Assembly: GCF_006345805.1 (NCBI RefSeq)
Contig: NC_042998.1
Coordinates: forward strand, 195,796,001 to 195,860,000
DNA: 64,000 nt
From: Octopus sinensis
Lineage: Eukaryota
Reading direction: 5' to 3'
Of the stretch, positions 12,500 to 25,263 are shown piece after piece. The notes beneath the pieces were generated by a model that ran no database searches, was not told the origin of the DNA, and worked only from the letters and a program-made list of their open reading frames with translations. The first letter of the stretch is position 1, and each line of letters begins with the position of its first letter. The translations under genes and the position numbers were made by a program.

Positions 12500-12740
12500 G
12501 TCTAAGATATGGCACAGAGACACAAACATATATACACACACACACACATATATATATACATACATATATACACAGGCTTCTTTCAGTTTCCCTCTACCAA
12601 ATCCACTCACAAGGCTTTGGTTCACCCGAGGCTTATAGTAGAAGACACTTGCCCAAGGTATCACACAGTGGGACTGAACATGGAACCATGTAGTTCATAA
12701 GCAAGCTACTTACCACACAGTCACTCCTAAGCCTATAGTA
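12500..12740 (-). mobile_element. SINE family B, partial
   Basis: Head half of family B. Confidence 0.75.
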
Positions 12741-12889
12741 CTTGAGAAATATTTTCAATTTCTTTTTGAGAGAAAAATTAAAAATTTCTTTATTTTAATT
12801 TCATTTTTTTCTTTTGTTTTTTTTTTTTACTTTTAAATCTGTTTTTATGTTGGATATTTATGGATATTTCCTTTTTTCTTTTATTGCAG

Positions 12890-12936
12890 GCCGACGAAAT
12901 GTGAAACGCGCCGGGAAGGCAAAGAAGAGCAGCTAA
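12890..12936 (+). CDS. Coding exon 3 of the 74-aa protein (GRRNVKRAGKAKKSS*)
   Basis: Acceptor TTTTATTGCAG ends 12889; phase 1; TAA at 12934-12936; followed by a U-rich putative 3' UTR. Confidence 0.75.
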
Positions 12937-13789
12937 ATTTCCTCCATAAAAATCCTTTCACACAACAAAACACGCATTACAGGAGTTGGTAACAGTTATT
13001 GGGTGAAGACAGTCCACCCTGCTCAAAACCTGCTGGTGGCCACCAAACATCTTGGCTCATGTCATCCTTCAGCTCAAACCAGATTCATTTTTTCATTATA
13101 ATAACACCCCCCTCTCCCTCCTCCTCCTCCTCCACCACCACCACCAACCGACATTAACATACACACATACACACTTACATACATACATATGTACACCTCT
13201 CACATATACATGTACATGTAGTCATGTGAACACACACACACACACACAAGAATCTCTGCTAGAACGGCAGATAGCATCATTTCTTTTGGGGGATTCATAG
13301 ATCTCACATCTTTCTCTTTTCTGATTTTGCATTCAATCAAATTTGCGTAGCCCTTTAGAGAATCCCTCAAATTTTTAATCCAAATCCGATAATCCATCTT
13401 TATAATCCAAACCCTATAATCCATCTTTCTTCCACTTTAACAACGTTGCGATTTTTTTGTAGATATTAAACTATTTATCGGTAATTTTTCAGTTTTTTGT
13501 TCCTTCGTCTCTTTAATTGATTTTTTTTTCTTTCTTTTTTTTTGTGTATATTTTTCGTTGTTTTTCTTGTTTCATCTAGTATTTTTTTCTATTATCATTA
13601 TTTCGCTTTTTTTTGTTCCACTTTTTTTTTAATTTTCTTTTTCTAGCAGATATCATGGTGTACAGTGGCTGAGAGCAACTTGCCAGCCCCTGGGGGTAAG
13701 GCAAGCATTGCAGGGAGGATGTGCTAAATTTTTTTTAATATCAGAAAACTGGTAGAATTGTTGGTGCATCAACCAAAACGATGAATGGT

Positions 13790-14760
13790 ATTTCTTCCAG
13801 TTCTTTGTGTTCTGAGCCCAAATCCTGTAGAAATTAGCTTTGCCTCTAATCGATAAAATAAAGTACCAGTTAAATACTGAGGTCAATATAATCGACTTGC
13901 CCCTCCCCTCAAAGTTGTGGGCCAGAAAGAATTATTGCCACTTTACATTTACTTATTTATTTTGGTACCTGAAAAATGTTGTACCCAGTTTAGCCCCCAT
14001 CTATCCTACAACTCTGCTCTTGTGATAATATTTCTAGTAGATATCATGCTGCTCAGCAAAATAGTCATGGGTTACCAGCAAAAATTGCAAGGCGGGTCCA
14101 TTTTATTTCGATTCTTTTATAGAAAGTAGCAAACCAGCTGAATTATTAAAGCGCCAGACAAAATGTCCAGTGGTATTACTTCCAATTTAGTACATTCCGA
14201 GTTCAAATTTCTCCAAAGTCAACTTTGTCTTTCATCCTTCTGGGGCCAATAGAACAAAGTACCAATTAATGGTATCAACTGGCTCCCATTCCTCAAAAGC
14301 ACTGGCTTTGTGCTTAAACTAGAAACCAAGGGAAGCAAGTTGACAGAATCATTAGAGTATTGGGGAAAAGGCTTTGAGGTCCTTGTTCTGAATCTTTACA
14401 GTTTGAGTTCAAATCCTACCAAGATCAGCTAAGCCTTCACCCCTCCAGGATCAATAAAATAAAGTAACAATTAATGATATCAACTGAAAATTGCTGGTCT
14501 TTTAGCTAAATTATAAAGAATTATTTCTACATTATATAAGGTGACACATTGGCTCATACCCTAACCCTAACCCTCACAGCATTTCATAACATTCTGAGCT
14601 CAAATTCCACAAAGATCAAATTTGCCTTTCGTCCTTTCAGAGTTGATGAAATAAGTACCAATTGAGTTCTAGAATGGATGTAATTGACTAACCCTCTCCA
14701 CCAAAATCCCAGGCTTTGTGCCATACAGTAAAAAGAATTATTACTACTTTATATTCCGCT
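13790..14760 (+). repeat. Cluster of 4-5 decayed family A-like SINE bodies
   Basis: Recurrent GAGTTCAAAT...TTTGCCTTTCATCC...ATAAAGTACCA motifs at ~13810, 14200, 14400 and 14600. Confidence 0.6.
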
Positions 14761-15654
14761 TTTGAACTTTTGTGTCCTTAAGAATTTTACACCAAAGCCA
14801 GTGGCCCCTGTTTCTTTGCCCACACTACATCACTGATCCTCTGCAACATTACATAACAATCATTTATTCTTGACAGCTGTTTCATGTATTGGAGAGAAAG
14901 AAAGAAAATGGTAGAAGATGAATTACAAAATATTTTGGAACAATAAAAGACAACATCGCGAGATGTTGTTTCCTATTTGTGCCAACCATTAAAACAATGC
15001 CATCAACTGGCACTTATTCAGTTTACAGACTCTGTGATTGTTAATCAATTTATATATTTTATTCTAGGTGACTGACTGACCCTCATAACCTTCACTCTAC
15101 CGAACTGAACTGGTTTGCTCAATGACTGATATTTACCATCAACCACACCTCCACCTTTGTACATCATTCACTGCATTCACCTCTACACCCATCCCTAACC
15201 ATCTCTTACTCTCCTTTCACATTCTGGTCCCTTTATCCACTTGCCCTTCATTGCCCTCGGTCCATATTCTCCCTTAACCCTTTAGCATTCAGATTACTCC
15301 GTCAAATGCAATGCTCGTTCATTCACACTGTTTCCAATCAATCCAGCATTATCGTTGCAGCCTCAAGATTTCGATGATGTGGTTGCTTATTTTTAGAATG
15401 ACATTGTAGGGTAGGTGTGAGAAGCCAGATATGGCTGGTCTGAGCATAAAACAAGTAGAATATTTGGGCTGGATATGGCTGGTTTCAATACTAAAGAACT
15501 CATCTTCTTATACCTTGGCAGCAAACTCTGACACCACATCGACATTTCTATCTTCTTTCCAGCTGCTCCCACCTGCCCTTATATAATTCAAGGTAGCCCC
15601 ATAGCCTTTCTAAAGCAGACACCTGTTCCTCTCTCTCTCTATCATACTCTAGCC

Positions 15655-15910
15655 CTGTGTTCCCAACCATTTTTTTGTCTATGGACCATTTGGATTCCGA
15701 TTTTACCCGACTGGAACCTCATAACCATCTGATGTGTAAACAAATCCCATTATATTTTTATATCTAAATATTTTTAGGAATTGTATAAAAAACAAAATTA
15801 AAATATTTTCTGTATTATAGCGGTATAACCAATTTCTTGTACATAAACTTTAACAGCAGAATCTCATATGGACCCCAAAGTGTCATAAAGACCCTAGTTG
15901 AGAATCACTG
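15655..15910. mobile_element. hAT (Charlie-like) MITE, decayed
   Basis: Termini CTGTGTTCCCAACC / AGTTGAGAATCACTG; flanks CTCTAGCC / CTTTAGGG match only partly. Confidence 0.4.
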
Positions 15911-16399
15911 CTTTAGGGTTTCAGCCTGGCATAAAACCTCCATCCCCTCTACTACAACCCCACTTAGGTGAGGGGTCATTTTCTTTGTCTTGCAAGTTCC
16001 TTGATCATCTTATTCTTATTAGTGCTATTGTTGTGAAGAAAGCATCCAGGTGTAGGGACCATGACAAACACAGACATTGGAGCTGGACACGGTCCTCCGG
16101 TTCGTTGGAGTCCAGCAAACCGTTTGACCAATGCCAGTGTAGAAAATGTATGTTGAAGAAAGGTGGTGATTTTTATACAGCATTGCATTCCAAACAGGTG
16201 TGAGTGAGGTGTGTTGTGTAGGTGTGTGACAAAGGTGAACAATGATGACAGCTGACTGTAAGGATGGTGATGGCAATGATGATGATGGTGATGATACGTG
16301 TATGCATATGTGTGACATGAAAAAAGAAAGAAAGTTGATTTTTAATGTTTTTCCATCCTTAAATATATTTTCATAAAGAGAATCAAAATTGAACCAATC

Positions 16400-16756
16400 C
16401 TATGACTGGCACCCGGCAGATGCCAGGACCCCTGGACTGGTGGTACGTAAAAAGCACTATCCGAATCGTGGCCGATGCCAGCGCCGCCTCGAGTGGCTTC
16501 CGTGTCGGTGGCACGTAAAATGCACCAATCCGATCTTGGCCGTTGCCAGCCTCGCCTGGCACCTGTGCGGGTGGCACGTAAAAAGCACCCACTACACTCA
16601 TGGAGTGGTTGGCGTTAGGAAGGGCATCCTGCTGTAGAAACATTGCCAGATAAGACTGGGGCCTGGTGCAGCCTTCTGGCTTCCCAGATCCCCGGTCGAA
16701 CCGTCCAACCCATGCTAGCATGGAAAGCGGACGTTAAACGATGATGATGATGATGA
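16400..16756 (+). mobile_element. SINE family C
   Basis: Family C body and (GAT)n tail. Confidence 0.8.
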
Positions 16757-17077
16757 GAATAACAAGCTACATAATGTAAAATTTTTACTTTTCAAAAATT
16801 CGAAACAGATCCAAGCAACGCTGGGCCATACTACTAGTATATAATAAAATGTAACACTAACCGAGGACCAGGCAGCTCTTGGTCCTCAGCACCTTATCCT
16901 CAACATATCGTCTGGTGCCACCAACAGCATGGGTTGTTGTTTCATCATACGAAACCTGGAATACATCGGGGACTTTGATGGACATCAAAATGTCCAAAAT
17001 AACAATAACTTCAAGGAACACTTTGTACATTAAGGTGAACTAAAACCAGCTTTGGAAAATTATCACTCTTTACTCTT

Positions 17078-17460
17078 TTACTTGTTTCAGTCATTTGACT
17101 GCGGCCATGCTGGAGCACCGCCTTTTAGTCGAGCAAATCGACCCCAGGACTTATTCTTTGTATGCCCAGTACTTATTCTATCGGTCTCTTTTGCCAAACC
17201 GCTAAGTAACAGGAACATAAACACACCAGCACCGGTTGTCAAGCAATGCTAGGGGGACAAACACAGACACACACACACACATATATATATATACGACGGA
17301 CTTCTTTCAGTTTCCGTCTACCAAATCCACTCACATGGCATTGGTCGGCCCGGGACTATAGCAGAAGACACTTGCCCAAGGTGCCACGCAGTGGGACTGA
17401 ACCCGGAACCATGTGGTTGGTTAGCAAGCTACTTACCACACAGCCACTCCTGCGCCTATC
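17078..17460 (-). mobile_element. SINE family B
   Basis: Full-length; inverted partner at 17690-18060. Confidence 0.85.
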
Positions 17461-17689
17461 ATTGAATATTTATCGAAAATATTCACTGAAATATTTCTTA
17501 AACAAATCATGTTTGATGGCACAAGATACACTCAGACATATTAGACGCAACCCTAATTTCAGCAGCGCATGTTCGGGGTGGGGGGGATCATTTGATGCAT
17601 TAAAGCATGTAATATTTAAAGCAATCTAGTGGTCCATTGTTATGATGATAATTCCCTTTGCAGTACAAGTGATAATAATAATATTTATA

Positions 17690-18060
17690 GGCGCGGGAGT
17701 GGCTGTGTGGTAAGTAGCTTGCTTACGAACCACATGGTTCCGGGTTCAGTCCCACTGCGTGGCACCTTAGGCAAGTATCTTCTAGTATAGCCTTGGGCCG
17801 ACCAAAGCCTTGTGAGTGGATTTGGTAGACGGAAACTGAAAGGAGCCCATCGTATGTATGTGTCTGTCCCCCCACCAACGTAGCTTCACAACCGATGCTG
17901 GTGTGTTTATGTCCCTGTAACTTAGCGGTTCAGCAAAAGAGATGAATAGAATAAGTACTGGGCTTACAAAGAATAAGTCCTGGGGTCGATTTTGCTCGAC
18001 TAAAGGCAGTGCTCCAGCATGGCCGCAGTCAAATGACTAAAACAAGTAAAAGAGAGAGAG
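17690..18060 (+). mobile_element. SINE family B
   Basis: Full-length. Confidence 0.85.
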
Positions 18061-18891
18061 TAAATATAATTATGGAGTCAAGCTATGTAAGGAGACTGTC
18101 TGGATTGAAATTAGTGATTAGCAATTAGCTTATAGGAGGCCTGAGTTCAATTAGAGGACCCAGAGTGACTTTTATATTTTTTTTTTTTCGTCTGACCCAC
18201 ACGAGCATGAAAAAGTAGACATGATGATAGTGTGCTTATTTAACATTGCCATGTGGTGGTTGCTGTGGCTTGGTTCTGTCGTAAATATATGTTGATGATG
18301 ATGTTTGTGTGAGGCTGCATGTGATGCGGCAACAACACCATACAAACGACTAATCATGATTTTATTTACACTGCAGAAGTCAAAGTCGGTCAAGAATTAT
18401 AATCTTCACATCAAGTCAACACAACTGAAAGAAATATGTTGTAACATTGATGTTACAACATGGATACAAAGGCTTAGTACTGGAGCTTGATTAAGCATAA
18501 GAATCTGTACACATCATATCTGCTAGATATAACACATCAGGTTGAGCATGGAGTCATTAAAACAACTGTTTTAACAGCAAGGGAGTGTGTGAAGTGGATC
18601 GCAATTCGGCACACTGAAAGTTAGTGCTCAAACAAACCCTATTTATAGGCTATGCATTAAGAACGTTCCATCATATCTATAATGAATGTTAGTGTTTGTC
18701 AACAAATCATTTTTGTTGCTGTGTACTGTGTATTAGAATTATTTCAAGTTCCTTTATATCAAGCACAATGAGTGTCAGATGAGATGTTTTATATTTTTGC
18801 TTGTCTACATAGAAAGCTTCAAGAAAATAATGTCAACATGGACTAAATAGTCACATGATCTACTTAATGAAGCTGTTAATTATCTCAACAC

Positions 18892-19271
18892 ATCTCTCTC
18901 TATATAAAGTTGAAGTTGTCTGTGTGTGGCAGGTTTGGTAGCCTTCAACTAACACTATCTCCTCCGAGAACCTGCGGCACAAGTTGACCAAAATTGAGAT
19001 TATGATAGAAGAAGGCTTGCTCTTCAAATTCAAATCGGACCATGTTAACACCAAAAATTATTTACATCAAAAAGGTGCTTTTTTCTCTATGAAAATTCCT
19101 ATTTTTTACGATTTTTTGACTGCTGTGTCGCCATTTTTCGGTGTATTTCAACCAGAAAAATGTTCGCTTAAAGAGAATAACAAGCTACATAATGCAAAAT
19201 TTTTGCTTTTCAAAAGTTCCAATTCTAAAGGGTCAAAACAAACCTGAGCAACGCCAGGCGATACTACTAGT
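18892..19271 (-). mobile_element. Non-autonomous Helitron/Helentron-like element
   Basis: Reverse copy of 628-1072 without the internal duplication. Confidence 0.5.
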
Positions 19272-19479
19272 TTATGCTAAAACTCATTACCATAAGTGAG
19301 CAGCAAGATGGCGCAATCATCAGCGAGTCAATGTAATCAACTCTCCCCCTCCCCTCAAAACCGATGGCCTTGTGTCAGAAAGAATTATTTAAAGTAGAAA
19401 CTATATGATCTGAGACCTGTGTGCAGCCCACTCTATTGATGGAATGGTCACAATTGGAACTCCTGTTGGACCCATTGTG

Positions 19480-19850
19480 ATATTCTTTTATTCTTTTGCT
19501 TGTTTCAGTCAACTGACTGCTGCCATGCTGGAGCACTGCCATTAGTCAAATAAAGTGACCCCGTCTTTGTAAGCCTAGTACTTATTCAATTGGTCTCTCT
19601 TTGCCAAACTGCTAAATTGTGGGGACGTAAACACACCAACATCGGTTGTCAAGTGATGATGGGTGGGGACAAACATACATGCATATATGACGGGCTTCTC
19701 TCAGTTTCCATCTACTAAATCCACTCACAGGCTTTGGTCGGCCCAAGGCTATAGTAGAAGACACTTGCCCAAGGTGCCATGCAGTAGGACTGAACCTGGA
19801 ACCATGTGGTTGGGAAGCAAGCTTATTACCATACAGCCACACGTGCACCT
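19480..19850 (-). mobile_element. SINE family B (older copy)
   Basis: Diverged family B. Confidence 0.75.
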
Positions 19851-19866
19851 AAAAATGGAATTAGAC

Positions 19867-19938
19867 TGCCATGACCAGGATTCGAACCTGGGTTACCATG
19901 GCCATAATGTAGGGTCCTAACCACTAGATGATTACAGC
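19867..19938 (-). pseudogene. tRNA-His(GUG) pseudogene; anticodon mutated to ATG
   Basis: 72 nt GCTGTAATCATCTAGTGGTTAGGACCCTACATTATGGCCATGGTAACCCAGGTTCGAATCCTGGTCATGGCA. Differs from the canonical invertebrate tRNA-His (recalled, not searched) by 8 transitions; acceptor, D and anticodon stems are disrupted. Confidence 0.8.
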
Positions 19939-20131
19939 CACTTGTCCAACTTATGTGGAGACCCTTGACAGGATCTTAAATATTTGGTCTGCTAAGCGGA
20001 GCTCATGATTAGACACTAACGATAACTATAACTTGAGCCTTGAACCAAACAAGGAGCATTTATGTAGTTGCTTGATCTGCTAAAAGTAACAACCAAATTA
20101 CATTGCCATTTTAAAAATGATTATATTGAAC

Positions 20132-20357
20132 AAAGGTGGCGAGTTGGCAGAACCATTAGCACGCTGGGCGATATGCATAGCTGTATTTCGTCTGCCGTTA
20201 CGTTCTGAGTTCAAATTCCACCGAGGTCGACTTTGCTTTTCATCCTTTCAGGGTCGATTAAATAAGTACCAGTTACGCACTGGAGTCAATGTAATCGACT
20301 TAATCCTTTTGACTGTCCTCTCTGTGTTTAGCCCCTTGTGGGTAGGAAAGAAATAGG
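20132..20357 (+). mobile_element. SINE family A monomer
   Basis: 11-bp TSD TTATATTGAAC at 20121-20131 and 20358-20368. Confidence 0.85.
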
Positions 20358-21744
20358 TTATATTGAACGTAGTAACCCCTGAGGCAGGATGGTCACTGGA
20401 ATTCCGTTGATGTTATGCTTTCTCAATCAGAGCTGGTATGAGTAAACAACAATTTAAGAAGAGAGTCTTTGTGGTTGCTAGAAATAGCAGCAAAATCTCC
20501 TTCCCCAAAACTAAATACAACTGTCATAAAAAGAGATAAATTCTAAAATGTCGTCCAAGATACACTGTTTGAAAGAAGATGATGGGATGGTCACAACTGG
20601 AATGCCTCTGATCATATGTTAATTTAATTAGTGAGAAACTGCAGCAGTAGCCAATTTGATGATAAAAGCTTGCAAAATTTTTAAGGACACAACAATGGAT
20701 ACAGAAGTGATGACGCCTGACCAACATCATGTCACTGAGTCAGATAGGTGACTTGTCCAGCATGAAATATATGGTTGTAGTGGACAACCAGGCTCAGATC
20801 TATATTTAATGTTCACTGCTGGCTAAAAATAAAAGTAGGACATTGTTTTAGATTGTGAAGATGTGTGGCTAAGTGGTTAGGGTGTTGCATGCAAGATTGT
20901 AGTTTCAATTCCTGGTCTGGAAAGTGCATTGCATTCTGTGAGTGACCCTGCAATGAACTGGCATCTTATCCAGGGGGAATATTATGATCTCAGTCACTTA
21001 TATACACCACAGAGACTGTGTAACCAGATCTATCAGACTCAGGACTTGAGACAGTAATGTCCAGAGGGTCTACTTGGCCTTAGTTTTAAGATGAAAGCAT
21101 TTGCAGGTCCACCAGATGTTCTGACGTCTGTAGACGCCTACCAGATGTTCTACGAACAGTAAATATCTACCAGGTATTCTACAAACTAAATATGCCTTCC
21201 AGATGTTCTACAACCAGTTGATAAAAACCAGATGAGCTGTGTGAAGACCACAGATTACAGATGTACTATAGACTAGAGCTGTACTTCTAGCAACAGATGT
21301 CCATTGATTTAGTTATCACCAATGGAGATGAGGTTGGAGTTTAGTTGTATCTAACAGACTGTTGGCAGATGACTATTCACAGGTTTGGTCCCGCAACTGC
21401 TCAGCAGGGTCTCACGCTTAATGTGTTTCCACCCTGGGCCAAACTGACCCTCTTTGGACACCTAATTGCCATAAAAGACTGACCACCAGGACTCACATTC
21501 TCAATTTGGTCGGCCAAATAAGATACCTAAGCAGTTGGATTACTGGGGTATGCCACAACTCTCAAATTAACAATTATGGAGAAAACAACATAAATGCATG
21601 TCCTTGGCAAAAGTTGACCATGTCCAGAAAAAATTTGCCATAGGAAAGTTTCTCTGCAAAAAATTTCATCATATAGAAAAATTAGACAAAATTTCATCAT
21701 ATAGACAAAATCACAGAATGGACAATAATGAAGCATATTACTCT

Positions 21745-22155
21745 TTACTCTTTTACTTGTTTCAGGCATTTGACTGTGGCCATGCTGGAGCACCGCCTTT
21801 AGTCAAGCAAATCGACCCCGGGACTTATTCTTTGTAAGCCCAGTACTTATTCTATCGGTCTCTTTTGCCGAACTGCTAAGTGACGGGGACGTAAACACAC
21901 CAGCATCGGTTGTCAAGCAATGCTAGGGGGACAAACACAGACACACAAACATATACACACACACTTATATATATATATATACATATATACGACAGGCTTC
22001 TTTCAGTTTCCGTCTACCAAATCCACTCACAAGGCATTGGTCGGCCCAGGGCTATAGCAGAAGACACTTGCCCAAGATGCCACGCAGTGGGACTGAACCC
22101 GGAACCATGTGGTTGGTTAGCAAGCTACTTACCACACAGCCACTCCTGCGCCTAT
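21745..22155 (-). mobile_element. SINE family B
   Basis: Full-length. Confidence 0.85.
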
Positions 22156-22229
22156 TAGGTCAGGAATTTTAAAAATATTAAAAAGGAATGATGAAAGGAT
22201 TGAATAGGCAAGTCTTTATTCCATATGTA

Positions 22230-24565
22230 TGGACCAAAAGCCCCCATAGACACAGCCTATACGAAGCATCCACCATCTCTCCAACTTAAACTTTCATAAA
22301 GCAAACTGGAAGTTCATTGAGAAAGAGATCCTCAAACAGGATTGGTCTAAATGTCTCTCCACACCGGACATTAACATGAAACACAAACACATCATGTCCA
22401 TAATACAAGCCATATGTGACAAATATGTCCCAGTGTGCAGGGCCAGCACACACAAAAACAAAAACAGGATCCCTAGAGAAAGGAAGATTCTTATGAGACA
22501 ACGGACAAGGATTGCGAACCGCCTGAGCAAGCACACCAAAAGTGGTGAGAAGTCTCGGCTCGAGAGAATGCTAATGGAAATTGAGAAAAGTCTGCATCAG
22601 TCCCATGAAAAGGAGAGAGCAGATAAAGAAACTTGGGTAATAGAAAATATAAAATCAAACCCTAAAGCTTTCTTTAAGTTTGCCAAAGAGACAGCCACAG
22701 TGCACCAGAGAATAGGACCTCTCTTCCAAAAAGATGGCTCTCTCACAGGAAATCCCACAAGGTTAAGTGAAATACTGAACGAACAATTCCAAAGTGTGTT
22801 CACTACACCTCTAGGACACAGACAAGTAAACAACCCAGAAGAATTCTTTGCCACTTAACCTGCGGCCAAAGAGGCAAAAATTGAGTACATCAACATCGAA
22901 GATGATGATACCACACTAGCCATAGATGAGATTGGCACAAACTCAGCTGCTGGACCTGACGAATTTCCAGCGATCCTTCTCAAATCATGCAAACGAGCCC
23001 TTGCAAAACTGCTACAGCTTCTTTTTCAGAGCTTTCTTGCAAGTGGTAAGCTCCCAGTCAAATTGAAAGAGGGGGTAATATGCCCTATCCATAAGGGAGG
23101 TAGCAGAGCAGATGCTAAAAATTATAGGCCTATCTCTCTGACCTCACACATCAGCAAAGTCATGGAACGAATAGTCCGTAAGAAACTAATCATGTTCCTT
23201 GAAGAAAATGACTTGCAGTCTGACACCCAGCATGGATTTCGACCAAGTAGAAGCTGCCTAACACAGCTCCTGCAACACTATGACTGGGTGTTGAAACAGC
23301 TACTAAATGGCTCAAATGTGGATGTAATATATCTCGACTTTGCAAAAGCCTTTGATAAAGTCGACCATGGTATGATCTGTCACAAACTGCGTGGTCTCGG
23401 CATAGGCGGAAAACTTGGAGAGTGGCTGCACAACTTCCTAAAAGACAGAAGACAGGCAGTTGTGAGCAATGGAGCCACCTCCAAGGAAACACAAATAACA
23501 AGCGGTGTCCCACAGGGCACTGTCTTGGGGCCACTGCTGTTCATAGAGGCCCTTTCAGACATGCCTTCAGTTGCTACGATGGCCACCCTTGCTAGCTATG
23601 CAGATGACACAAAAGTCTCCCACACAATACAAAACCCTGAAAATATTGCGCATCTGCAACAGGAGTTGAACACAATATACAGGTGGGCTGAGGACAACAA
23701 CATGCAGGTAAGTTCCAGGCCTTGCGCTACCGGCACACAAAGGTAAATGACGTGCAGACTGGATACACTGGCCCAGGAAGAATTGCAATCCCTGAGTCAA
23801 AATCAGTGCATGACCTGGGCATTGACATGAGCAATGATGCATCTTTCCAAGTGCATATTACTAATCTGGTGATAAAATGCAGACAGCTAGCTGGATGGAT
23901 TCTCCGAACTTTCAGAACAAGAGAGAAGGAGACACTGATGGTCCTATGGAAAACATTCGTCCTCAGCCGCTTGGACTACTGCTCCCAACTATGGTCACCA
24001 CACAATATAAAACTAACAGCAGAACTCGAAGCAATTCAGAGAAGCTACACAAAGAAAATCGTCTCAATGCAAAATATCAGCTACTGGGAAAGACTGAAAG
24101 TATTAAACCTCTTCTCCCTAGAGCGGAGGCGGGAGAGATATGCGGTGATATACATCTGGAAAATCCTGGAGGGTCTTGTCCCAAACTTTGGCATTCAAAG
24201 TTACCCCAACCGCAGAACACCACTGCATGGTGCCAAAGATTCCAACATCACCATCAAAATACAGGTCCAGATACTGCAACAGCTTGGGTTTCAGAGGACC
24301 ACAGCTCTTTAACATCCTCCCTAAATGCCTGAGAGACTTGCATGGTGTGGATGTGGGTTTCTTTAAAACTAAACTGGATCTCTTCTTGTCGGGAGTCCCA
24401 GATGAACCTACCTCACGACAGGAGATGCAGATGCGGGCAGCTGCATCGAACTCCCTTGTTGATCAAGTGCCACGTATCAGAGGTAGATTCACATATTAGT
24501 GTAGCTCATTCAGCAGTGGTGCCCCAGCATGGCCGCGGCCTTCAGACTAAAACATTTTTAAGGAT
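22230..24565 (+). mobile_element. CR1/L2-group LINE family A, copy 1 (5'-truncated, pseudogenised)
   Basis: RT motifs [42 protein letters not shown] and YADD; stops and frameshifts; structured 3' tail. Confidence 0.95.
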
Positions 24566-24599
24566 ATATACATATATATATGTATATATATATACATAT

Positions 24600-24667
<68 letters not shown>

Positions 24668-25010
24668 GTATGTATGTATATATATATATATATATATGTA
24701 TGTATATATATATATGTATGTATATATATATTATATATATATTATGTATGTATATATATATATATATGTATGTATATATATATGTATGTATATATATATA
24801 TGTATGTATATATATATATATGATATGTATATATATATATATGTATGTATATATATATATATATGTATGTATATATATATATGTATATATATATACATTA
24901 CATATATATATATACATACATATATATATATATATATATACACATACATATATATTATATATGTATGTATATATATATGTATATATATATATATACATAC
25001 ATATATATAT

Positions 25011-25059
<49 letters not shown>

Positions 25060-25192
25060 CATATTATATATATGTATGTATATATATATATATGTATGTA
25101 TATATATATGTATGTATATATATATGTATGTATATATATATATATATATATGTATGTATATATATATATATGTATGTATATATATAGATATG

Positions 25193-25223
<31 letters not shown>

Positions 25224-25230
25224 GTATATA

Positions 25231-25262
<32 letters not shown>

Positions 25263-25263
25263 C
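24566..25263. repeat. (TA)n/(TATG)n microsatellite
   Basis: Direct reading. Confidence 0.95.

Noticed and set aside
18172-18393. His-rich 73-aa minus-strand ORF
   Set aside because: The His run comes from (CAT)n; no splice or homology support.
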